Of a stretch of DNA of 64,000 nt, positions 1 through 10,264 are shown piece by piece (the stretch's first letter is position 1; every line of letters starts with the position of its first letter). The notes below the pieces were generated by a model. It did no database searches. It was not told the DNA's origin and saw nothing but the letters and a program-made list of their open reading frames with translations. The stretch is from Macrostomum lignano (taxonomy: Eukaryota): positions 243,433 through 307,432 of the forward strand of contig NIVC01001355.1 of the NCBI GenBank assembly GCA_002269645.1. The letters are read 5' to 3'. Both the position numbers and the translations under genes were made by a program.

Positions 1-2
1 AC

Positions 3-1262
3 ATTCAGCCTGCTGAAGGAGTGGAGGCTCGGGCCTACTGCAACGTCACTGATAACTCCACCATGTTGGGTAAGATCGTGGCGGGGCTGTGGTGCTAAAA
101 TCGCAACAGAGAAGAACAAAATTAAACAGTGCAGCTTGAATGCAGTTCAATATTTTAAACGTCGGCCTTGGACACGATGGATAAAGAGTTGGAGCCACAG
201 TCGAAGGACACCATCACTCGTAGCGATACAATTTCATTGTTTGGTTTTGTTCATGTATGATGCAACCAGCTTAAATTTAACCGTTTTGCGATGGTTTGAA
301 TTCTAGAAGCTTTAATGCGCCAATATATAAATACCCCCCCCACAATTGAAGGGCACAGCCTGCAGAGCAATGAGACAGTTGTACACGGCTTCGAGTCGCC
401 CGGCTCTTACCAGATAACGCTGCACTATGCCGGAGGCTCAACCGCAGCCGCTAGCGCTCTGGCCGCTTCGGCCAAGCGCTGCGAACAGTTTCTAAGACTG
501 CGCTGCCGCAACAGCTTGCGGACTCTGGCGGCCGCCACAGGCGAGGTGAATGACTGTATATTAAGATTTCTAGCAAGTATTTCTATTAAATACTTCAATA
601 AATAAATAAATAAAAAACGTTTGTTTGTATACACCAACGCGTCAGGTAATGACCTGGTGGAACAATCGCCAAGGCAGGAAGATGACCTCATGGGGCAGTG
701 TGCCCAACAATTTGACAATGTGCAGCTGCGGCTATCTGAGAACGTGCAGCCAGCCAAACTACCTGTGCAACTGCGACGGCTCGACCAATGACTGGGCAGA
801 GGATAGCGGCTACATCGGCGATGCCAGCATGCTGCCCGTGCTCAGTGTGCAGGTCGGAGACACAGGTGAGTAGCTGAAGCGGATTTTTATATAAGGTGGC
901 TTCCCGTACAGGAATCCGACCTATCGACGTCGCTGGGTTATCCGTCGGCCTATTTAAAAAATTACCTACTTGCCAGCGTTGCTCTTTGACGTCGGGTATG
1001 TCGGCAGAAGTTGAAATGTTGCACGGGCTTCGAATGTATGTGCAAACTGGTGAGGTCGTAACCCCTGGACGCTAAGTCTTAGAGTCTACTCCTAGAGAAC
1101 CAAAGTGTTAGAAAACAGAGACGAGTTCTAGCCTATTCCACAAATTTCGCAGCTCTCGAGGCAACCTATCACATTACAAACAACCCTGTCAACTCTCTCC
1201 CACCAGGCAATCTGAATGAGTTCGCAGCTGTGCTGGTGGGACCTCTAGTCTGTTGGCACTGA
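3..1262 (+). CDS. 3' exons of a Caspr/neurexin-IV-like protein (fibrinogen-like domain); exons <3-69, 352-545, 646-865, 1207-1262; 5' end lies outside the window
   Basis: Spliced translation ...AYCNVTDNSTMLGHSLQSNETVVHGFESPGSYQITLHY...CEQFLRLRC...TWWNNRQG...WG...CSCG...C...YLCNCD...WAEDSGYI...LPVLSVQVGDTGNLNEFAAVLVGPLVCWH* matches the Caspr fibrinogen-like domain pattern. All junctions are GT-AG with compatible phases. Confidence 0.75.
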
Positions 1263-2153
1263 AGGCGGTTGTGCAGATTACCACCGGAAGAGTTTGAAAT
1301 TGGTGGCTTTTTTTGAAGCCAATTCAACTAACGCTCTGGGATTTTCATTGTTTTTGTAGACTCTACAGAGCAATAACTCGCAATCAGAGTAGTAAATTCC
1401 TATCGTTAATTAAAACTAAAATAAATATATGCCACTATAAATTGTTACGAACTAAAGCACCACTTGATATAATGGCTAACTGCAATAAAGATTTAGTTCT
1501 GAACTTTCTTTGTACTACACTTGTACTACATGATGGCGAAAAGCCGTCTTTTATATCGTTGTTTCTTTTCATTTTCAATTGTCGTACGTACAACGGTGTA
1601 TGCCGTACGCTACACTCTCTGCCCAACATTATTCATGACTCATTCTCTCGCCTAAACTTGTTTACCAATTTTTGACCAATCATGCATCGCTTCACCCTCG
1701 CATCCAATATCGACTAATAAATTTATTGAGCAAACAAAGCCACCTTACCAAACACCTGACGAATGACAGCTCAGTACTGGTTGGACAGACCTGGAAGGGT
1801 CTAATTGGTGTTTCAAGTAGTGATTGACTAGGTGTCGGGCTGATGCTCTTAACTGCTGCTGCTATGGCTTGCTAAGTGAATCGATTCATTCAGTAAGAGT
1901 TCCAGTCCAATCTTGTATAAATGGGCTGGATCACGGCTGACAAAAAAAGAAGACAACTCCTAAAGACCGCGTCTTAAAATAAGCAGGAACCAAGTTGTTT
2001 ATTACAACCAAGTTTACACACACCTGGTATAACTGAAAATGCCTCATCAGGTTTGAGATTTTTAAAATGGCACAAAATCACAAATTTTGCTACACGTACC
2101 CAAGGCGACGTCACCGTTGCTATGGGGGTAGTTATAATGAAAAATAGTCAAAC

Positions 2154-4884
2154 TCAGGTAGCAGTGCCGTTGACATTTTCGTCGTTATCAGCTGTCGAAT
2201 CGTTGCGACCATCAATGTCAGACCGCCTGACTGGCGGTGCCGCTTCGGTGTCGAACTTTTCTTCAAAAGACAGCACTTGACGATTAAGCAGTCGGGGCGC
2301 TAACAAAGAAATAAGAATGGCGCCAAGGGGCGCAGTTATAACAATGGCTAGCACGGACACTGTCAATATCTGGGCACCCATGGCCTGAGCTTTGGGTCCG
2401 GCGCCGGTTCTGCAAGTTGAATAAATTGGTTTGGGCATTGTGGTTAATTTAATGTTAGCAGATTCCGGACTAATTCGGCCTTTGTCGGTGCCACTAACCT
2501 TACGACGTATGTATCGCACCTTTTAGTGCAGAACTAACTCCTAGTATTTCTTTGTGTGGGCACCGTGGCGCAACGCCTTCGGCGGCATCGGTTAGACAAT
2601 TTTATCCATTTCGAAGACTCCTGAGCACACACAAACGCACGGATACTGTGTGCCGACATCCAATCATACCTACGCTCACACAGAGTGTACAGCGGCTCTT
2701 GACTTTTTTCGTTAGGCATGTACACTTTCTGTGCCTTGGGGTTGGCTCTCGTGGGTGTGAATTGAAACCCTCAACCAATTTTTTTAAGTACATTCCACAA
2801 ATAAATGTGGCCACGCCGCACAGAATTGAAACAGATCGAGAGCACCGCTGAATTGCTTTCCCCCTAGAAGTACTCTGACCGAACGCACCTGTAGGCAGTG
2901 TCCAACACGGCTGCCCAATAACAGCCTGCACGGTGGCCTTGGGCAGCCAGGCAAACGGAATGAAGAATCGCTCCCTTACGGTGAAACCCGCCCCAGTCAC
3001 GGCGACAAACGCGGCAATCATGCGGAACAGCAGTCCGATGAACAGCGTGGCCAAGATATAACCGATAGCGTCGGCTTGAAGGCTCCCAACGTCGATTTCA
3101 AAGCCGATAAGGCCGAAAAGCATCGGCTGCGCGATCCTCCAGCAGACTTCCAGCTGGAAAGCGGGTTGTGATTGAAATTGCCATCAATTTAAATATTCCT
3201 GCCCTTAATAATCTATGTTGGCAATCAAGGAACAATCCCTACAAAGGAACAACCCTACAAGGAACAATCCCTACAAGGAACAATCCCTGCAAGGAACAAT
3301 CCCTACAAGGAACAATCCCTACAAGGAACAATCCCTACAAGGAACAATCCCTACAAGGAACAATCCCTGCAAGGAACAATCCCTACAAGGAACAATCCCT
3401 ACAAGGAACAACCCTACAAGGAACAACCCTACAAGGAACAATCCCTACAAGGAACAATCCCTACAAGGAACAACCCTACAAGGAACAATCCCTACAAGGA
3501 AAAATCCCTACAAGGAACAATCCCTGCAAGGAACAATCCCTACAAGGAACAATCCCTGCAAGGAACAATCCCTACAAGGAACAATCCCTAGAAGGAACAA
3601 TCCCTACAAGGAACAACCCTACAAGGAACAATCCCTACAAGGAACAATCCCTACAAGGAACAATCCCTAAGATGAACAATCCCTAAGATGAACAATCCCT
3701 ACAATGAAAAATCCCTACAAGGAACAATCCCTACAAGGAACAATCCCTACAAGGAACAACCCTACAAAACAATTGATGGAGATCTAAAAAAAGATTGGAT
3801 CTTATCAGTATTGACTATAACCTCCAGGACGCACCGGTCCTAACAGTGGATTTTCCTCATCTGACCAGCCATCGCGAGAGCGCCAGCCGATGGCCGCCAT
3901 GAAAGCGACAGTAAGGCAGGCCAGAGCCCCGGCGCCATGCAGTTTGAGTGCAACAGAGCCAAGCAGTGAGATGATGCCGCTGGCTAATAGAAAGCAAAAT
4001 CTGAAAAATAGGAAGCGGCGGTGACCAGCTGGTGGCAGGAACCACAGCAACACGCCCAGGATGAGTCCAACGACGATGCCTAGTAGAGCTTCTAGCGGGC
4101 CGCGGGCGATGGTCAGAGCAAGGCTCTCATTGCCGCCGAACACGACGCTAAGCAGTACGCCGAACCCTGTAATTGCCAGCACATCGTCGACGCTAGCAGC
4201 CGCAATAAGTAGCGTCGGAATCCCCTTGGCAACGCCGTAGCCCTCCGAGCCGATAGCCAGCATGGATGGCACAACAACAGCCGGAGAAACGGCTGCCAGG
4301 ACGAAGCCCAATAGGAAACCGTAAGTCCAGCGCAGTTTAAGCAGCAGGTGGGACGCGAAGCCAATAGTTACAGCCTCGGTTATGCAGGGTGAGAAAGCCA
4401 GCAGGACGACGTGCAGGGACAGAGCGCGCAGCCGCTTCGGGTCGAGGCCCAGACCGGCTCGCAGTAGAATGATGCACAGAGCCACGCTTCGCAGAGTTGA
4501 CGACAGAGTCTTGTCGATGCCGAGAGCGAATTTCGCCAGAAACGGGACGCTGCGCATAAAGCAGCCGGCAATGAGCATGCCGAGCAGTTTTGGACAACGG
4601 GGAATCAGACCGAACAGCTCGCCTGTGAGCATGGAAATCGTGAATACCAGGTAGAGACCGAACAAGCCGCCAGTGCAGTTCAGCTTCTTTGATGGGGTGC
4701 CAGCGTTGGATTGATTTGATTTTGTCGAGTTGCTACTGTTAGTAGACTCTGGCAGTTGCGCCGTCACGCAAGAGCCAGGCACAGACCGGTCAGGGACCAG
4801 AGACCAGAGTGTGGCATACATCAGCAGCAAAATAGTTATGCCAGTTAACAGTCTGCCAGTTCGACCGTGGGGCGGGCACAGCAA
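2154..4884 (-). CDS. SLC9B: Na+/H+ antiporter, NHA/SLC9B family; exons (>=4884)-3835, 3153-2889, 2409-2154; 5' end unresolved; one apparent 1-bp deletion near 2914
   Basis: Motifs CPPHG, IILLRAGLGLD, AVSPAVVVP, AASVDDVLAI, QPMLFGLIG, AWLPKATVQA and ILTVSVLAIVITAPLG. GT-AG junctions are in phase. The frame stays open to 5007 without an ATG. Confidence 0.88.
2550..2760 (-). mobile_element. Degenerate partial copy of tRNA-derived SINE family A inside the last NHA intron
   Basis: Shares GAGTGTACAGCGGC...GTTAGGCATGTACACTT...CCTTGGGGTTGGCTCTC with the copies at 21.3, 32.0, 34.7 and 40.5 kb. Confidence 0.7.
3226..3770. repeat. 16-bp minisatellite (ACAAGGAACAATCCCT)n filling an NHA intron
   Basis: Directly visible tandem array with 15-bp variants. 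It explains the spurious repetitive ORFs at 3168-3686. Confidence 0.95.
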
Positions 4885-5931
4885 GTCGTGATGCAGTTTC
4901 TGGGCTATGCTAGGGTCGTCTGGCAGCTGGTGCCTCTCTGCAAGGCACCAATTGTAGCAAGTTCTGTCGCAGCACGCGTGCAGGCTGAGGTGGCTCGGCC
5001 ATCTCCCTCACTGAACCATCAGGCGGTTCTTTTACTGCCTGGAATAGCAGGGTTTGAATTGTATTGTATGAGAGCCAGTAAAATGTTGCATCGGTTTAAC
5101 CTTTCTATACGAGTTCGTAGCTATACATTCAACGTCCTACTTAAGTGCTGACTATTTTAGCTAAGGCATTGAGTTGAGATCAGTTACAATTAAGTAATGC
5201 GCTGCAACATTTTTTGATTTTTGTTGTTGATAAACAAATGTCCTAATTTTAGTGGCTAAGCTATACGATCAAATATTAAATAAACATATAAGTTGCAGAG
5301 CATAAACATTGATTCCATATTCACGCAAAACATTTCCTACAAACGACATCATCTGCTTACTGCCTTAAAGAAAATAAGCTAAGCATCAAAATATTTTTAA
5401 GTTGATAGAAGTTTGAATGTCTGAGAGATATTCCTAAAAACCTTTGTGAACATAAAATGCGAGCTATTTGAGTAGCACATGGACTCTGCAAAGTAAAACA
5501 TATAAATACGAGCGTACATGCAAGTCTACTATCGAGTTACATGATCGAGTTACAGAGTCGATCACTTTCTTAAACTTGATTATGGAATCAACAATGAATC
5601 TACGAGCTATATCTAGATATTGTGTGCAGAGCTACTTTTTTCTGTCTCGCTTTTCACAAGAGTGGCTCCAACACGGTCAATTTTTGAGCCTCAAGAATTA
5701 AGAGTTAAGACTTCCTGTCATCCCAACGGATTCTACATTGCCCTTCTCCAATTATCCATCAAACGAAGCTTTTTCAACAAGCTTATTGATTTGACTGATT
5801 TAAATTGGTGCCAATTTATTTCCGGTGATTACTTTGCATTTGCTATGTTGTTTGCTTGTTGCGATTTAGGGTATTCACTTCTCATTCTCATTGAATCTCA
5901 GTTGCATTAAAATGCAGCAAGCGTTAGACAC

Positions 5932-6275
5932 TAATAATAATAGTGTTAATAATAATAACTATGGTGATAATTATAATATTAATAGTAATAACATAATAAC
6001 TAAATAAATGGGCAGATGGGCAACCAATACCTCAGCAGCAGCTATTGCGCGGCGCATCTGAAGGCTGCGACGTACGGCTGTTCAGTGCAAGGAGTGGGGG
6101 GTCGCCACACACACCGTCAATTACCCCAGCTAATGCTGGCACCCATTTTACAGATGGGTGAACTGAAGCAATGCACAGTTATGTGTCTTGCTCAAGGAAG
6201 AAAATTGTTTCAGTGGAATCGAAAATCGAATTCTCGACCTTTCAAACGTGAATCCGACGCTCAATCAGCAGGCTA
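5932..6275 (-). mobile_element. tRNA-derived SINE family B with a (TTA)n-like tail
   Basis: 6007-6275 is the reverse complement of 39954-40223. It has a tRNA-like head, a CCCATCTGTAAAATGGG motif resembling the CORE/MIR-type central motif, and a TAA-rich tail at 5932-6006. Confidence 0.75.
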
Positions 6276-6484
6276 CATCCCCTTGCAGGCTAAATCCTCT
6301 TGCAGGCTACATCCCTTGCAGGCTAAATCCCCTTGCAGGCTACATCCCCTTGCAGGCCACATCCCCTTTGCAGGCTACATCCCCTTGCAGGCTACATCCC
6401 CTTGCAGGCCACATCCCCTTGCAGGCTACATCCCCTTGCAGGCTACATCCCCTTGCAGGCTACATCCCCTTGCAGGCTACATCC
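6268..6484. repeat. 18-19 bp minisatellite (GCAGGCTACATCCCCTT(G))n abutting the SINE B head
   Basis: Visible tandem array of about a dozen units. Confidence 0.95.
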
Positions 6485-8214
6485 ATGCACTACGGTACCA
6501 ATACCATGCAAAAATCGTGGCGTGGCCTATTTTCTCTTAATGACGGTTGACAACTCGTGAAAAGAGTACTTCTACAAAAACTCATCTACTCGACCGTGCA
6601 TGGGTGACAGCTACAGTACATTTTATTCTTGGAGCACATATTTTAATGTATTACCTACTTTTTACCCGATTCGCTCGTAAGCTGACGCTTTACAGAGAAA
6701 GTGAGTACCTCCTGAATTCAGCACTAAATCAATTTAATTACCTCACCTTCTGGACTTCCAATAGCAAATTAAGCAAGTATACGTTTGGTCCATGGCGCAT
6801 TCACAAGGTTGCCAATTAGTTGAAAGGTTAAAAATGCCAGAAATGAAACCGGCCGGACTAAAAGTATAATTTGGGCAAATTATGTCTCTTACGAAGTATA
6901 TTGTGAGTAATTATTCTAATAAGACTTTTTTAGACTGACAAGTATAGCTATTCGCGGTCAAGACTGTCTGGGGTAGAGCCTTTTTTATGAAGCACAATTT
7001 TTGCTATGTACTGATGCACATTAACCATGGCCTTGGACCACAGACAGCGGAAGTTAAACGTACTCTACGAGCTACATGCAGCTCGATTCACTACATTTAC
7101 GAGCTTACTATCGGGTAAAACTTCGAGAATCCGTCCAAAAAGGATGCTCAGAAATACAGGCAATTTTTTTGTTTTAATTTTGCCTTAAATTTTCTACAAG
7201 CATTCTGTCCCCAGCATATTCAAAAACCGTCGATAAAAAAGCAATGCCTGAGAATTGCCGCGAGACAGGCCGAAGCATGCATATGTCTGCGTCTAGTACT
7301 GACTTCGATGGATATCTAGCTGCAAGATAGTTGACATTAATAAATTGGTAACTAATCTTGGTTTACATGGCGAATAAGAAAGAAATCTTAAAAACTTTGA
7401 TCGGATTAATACTTGGCTTCCTCGTAAATTCACACTTCCTCAAATTGAGTTGGAGCAAATAAGTATAACTGTTCACGATTAATTTGAACTTCTGGACTTC
7501 TTTAAGCAAATGAGGAGAAAAGGTGAAAAGCTTATCCATCTATACTAAACAAAGAAAGGGCCGTCAGACCAAAAGTTTCCCGATAGAGCAGCAGGTCAAG
7601 AATAATGCATCCTCGCCCAACCAATCAGAACTTCAAGCTGCCGCGGTGTGACCATGCAGGAAGTTCACCGCAGTGACCGAGAAAACCAGGCAGGGTGCTG
7701 CCGCTATTCTTAGACGATGAATGCTGTTTGCTTCTGTTTGTCGATGATTATATCTGATATCTGGGGAGTCTTAGTCGCTGACTCGATATACATGTATGAC
7801 GAGGGGCCGGCAGCCCTTTTTTCGTATGAAGGGGAGGAAATGAGAGTTGCGAGCGGGTCGGCAACGTTAGTGGCCGTGAGCAGGACAGGTCAGAATCCTT
7901 AGTAGTCCTTAAGGCTTCTCCGTCCAAAAAGTATAAGAGCTATTGCCCTTGTATTGCCCGCCAATATTTTTCTTCTTCTTCCCGACGCGCCATAAGAAAT
8001 AATCATAAAATCAATAAAAACGAGATAAAAGCAGACTAAGGACAAAGTTACTTATTATTTTTTATTGAATTTCAGTGTTATACAATCTACTGGTGTTCAT
8101 TTATTCGTTTGGATTTGCACAATCGTATCATGATGAATGTGCCATATTGTTTAATATACGAGTACACTGCACTTTATGCCGACGGATCAAATGATACTAA
8201 AATCCGTTTTCTTG

Positions 8215-8456
8215 GCACGCGAAGGTGTATTCAGCACGCCAGTGAAGTATGAGACAGACTAGGCCTATGGGCTACGGTCTGCGATGCTTCACCCCTGCCC
8301 CTATCTTTGGCAGGTCAAGGCTGGTGGGAGGTCTGCACCCTCTATTTGCCTCTGGCAGCCGCAGACCCCCCCCCACGCTGTCTCGCAAGTCGACCCAGGG
8401 TACTCGTCCCCGCGTGTGTTCAAGGCAGACCCTAGGGCTGCTGGACAGACTGGGCT
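8215..8456 (+). ncRNA. Candidate HDV-like self-cleaving ribozyme at the LINE 5' end
   Basis: P1 GCACGCG (8215-8221)/CGCGTGT (8411-8417) with a G1.U wobble; L3 TACTCGT (8401-8407); P1.1 AC/GT; P3 GG(G)/CCC; P4 8420-8445; J4/2 CAGA (8446-8449); P2 CCCAG/CTGGG. Confidence 0.7.
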
Positions 8457-8732
8457 CCGGCGCTGGCGACCCTATCCAGTGGCTTCGGCCGAATTTGGGT
8501 ATGCGGGTCTGGCTCGCCAACCTGCAGGCCGTAGTACTGCTCAACGTACTCTCTAATGCCTAAGGTGTTGACCGTGCCGATGGGCTGGAAGGCCGGGGAG
8601 TAGTCCGGTCGCAAGCGGTCCCCCTCCTGGTGTCGGGCCAGCCTTGAGGGTTCTATTGGCCTACTGCCCGGTCAGGTGGAGCGGCCGGGTGGGTACCGCG
8701 CCCCTTTGAGGGTAGCCCACCAACCTTTTATC

Positions 8733-10225
8733 ATGGCCTTCGAGCCGACTATGGATAACCAAGCTTTTTCTAGGGACGGGGACCCTTCTAAACCCCAACC
8801 TCAGTCCGAAGGACCGGCCGGCCCTGCTGGCAGATCCCAACCGACTGATTCAACTGTGGCAAAGGAAGGACCGGCTGGCTCTGCTGGCAGATCCGACCAG
8901 AGCTACCAAACTCAAAATTCCCAAAGACCTGCCAGCTCCGCTGGTGGATCTAAGGGAACCGCGAGCTCTGAGCCTAAAGGACCGGCCAAATCTGGCAGAT
9001 CCGATGAAGCTCAGCGGGCTCGGCTTGAGCGCAAACGCGCTAAAAACGCGCCAAAAGGCAGGCCAAGCAGGGAGCTGCGGGGGCCAAAGCGGCGGCGTCC
9101 ACCATGGATGCTGAAGCGACTGGAGTCCCAAGGCAACCAGGCGGGCCGGCCGGTGGAAGCTCCAGTAGTTCAGCGGCGGCGCTCCCTAGAGATGCTGCCG
9201 CGGCTGCTGAGGCCGAAACCAGACGCAACAAATGGCCACTGCCAACAAGGAGGTTCCTTCGGGAGCTACCTTTGCGGCGAAGGCCAAGGCCAAAATCCCG
9301 GGAGTGATCATCCAAGGTCGTGACCAGGACTGGACCACTGATCAGCTTCAAAAAGTGTGGAGTGCTGTTGACTCCTATCTGATTGGGCTGACTGTCGAGG
9401 AGGGAATCTCAATCGGCATTGGGCGGATGGCACATTCGTTCTTATTGCTCCTAGCAGCGAAGAGGACGCTCGGCAGCTGCTCCAGCGGCTACCGACGGTC
9501 TCCTTGGATGCTGACCTTGGCGGAGCTCTTTTTCTTCGCGAGGGCCAGCGTCCAAAGACGATACCCTATGTGGTTTTCGTCCCTGCTAAGAGCACCGCAG
9601 CTGGACCAGACGTTATCGCCGGGTCCTACTGCGTCTGAACCCCGACCTCCCTGCTAGTGGACTGGTGTATCACCGCAAAGTCCGCAGGGGGGAGACGGGC
9701 AACTCAATTGTCCTCGGCCTTTCCAGCACTTGGGCGAGTCGGTACCCTAATGGATCCTCTTTCCAGCTGGGTGCCCTCAAGCTCAAGATGCGCCGAGGAA
9801 AGTCTGCCAAAGGGAAGGCTACTGCCAACCCCGGCATCTCCGGCAAGAGCGGGGCGCAGTCTAAGGCCCAAGGAAAGGCGCAAGCCGATCCCAAAGCCAA
9901 AGCTACGTCTCGCCCCTCTGCTAGCAGCAGTTCGGCGACCGCGGTAACGGCTCCGGCCAAGCTCCGGGAACCAAACCTGCTAGTCGGAGAAGGAGTTGAG
10001 GACGAGGCCGGGTCTTCGGAATCCGAGCTCTCCTCGGCCACCCTGGTGGGGTCTGAAGGTAAAGATGCAGATGAGGAAGCTTCCTCCATCCTGTCATCGG
10101 AGCCTGAGGACTCTACTGGGGGGGGGCGGTGGGGTGAGGAGGCCATGGACATCGACCAACTCCCATCTCCCAGTCAAGCCCCAGCGGCCTGGGACGAGGA
10201 CGATCTGTTGTCCAAGTCTCCTTGA
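8733..10225 (+). CDS. LINE ORF1 (gag-like nucleic-acid-binding protein), broken by several frameshifts
   Basis: Overlapping ORF pieces at 8676-9323, 9104-9307, 9232-9657 and 9665-10225. Low-complexity basic/acidic sequence directly upstream of the APE ORF. Confidence 0.6.
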
Positions 10226-10264
10226 TGGCCCTGGGCTCTAGCCAGACATTGCATTTAATACAGT

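Noticed and set aside
902-1028. Degenerate inverted repeat in the last intron of the Caspr-like gene
   Set aside because: The arms match only patchily, with no TSD or second copy in the window; too weak to call a MITE.
3168-3686. Repetitive ORFs (QGTIPTRNNPYKEQSL)
   Set aside because: They are translations of a 16-bp intronic minisatellite on the strand opposite the NHA gene.
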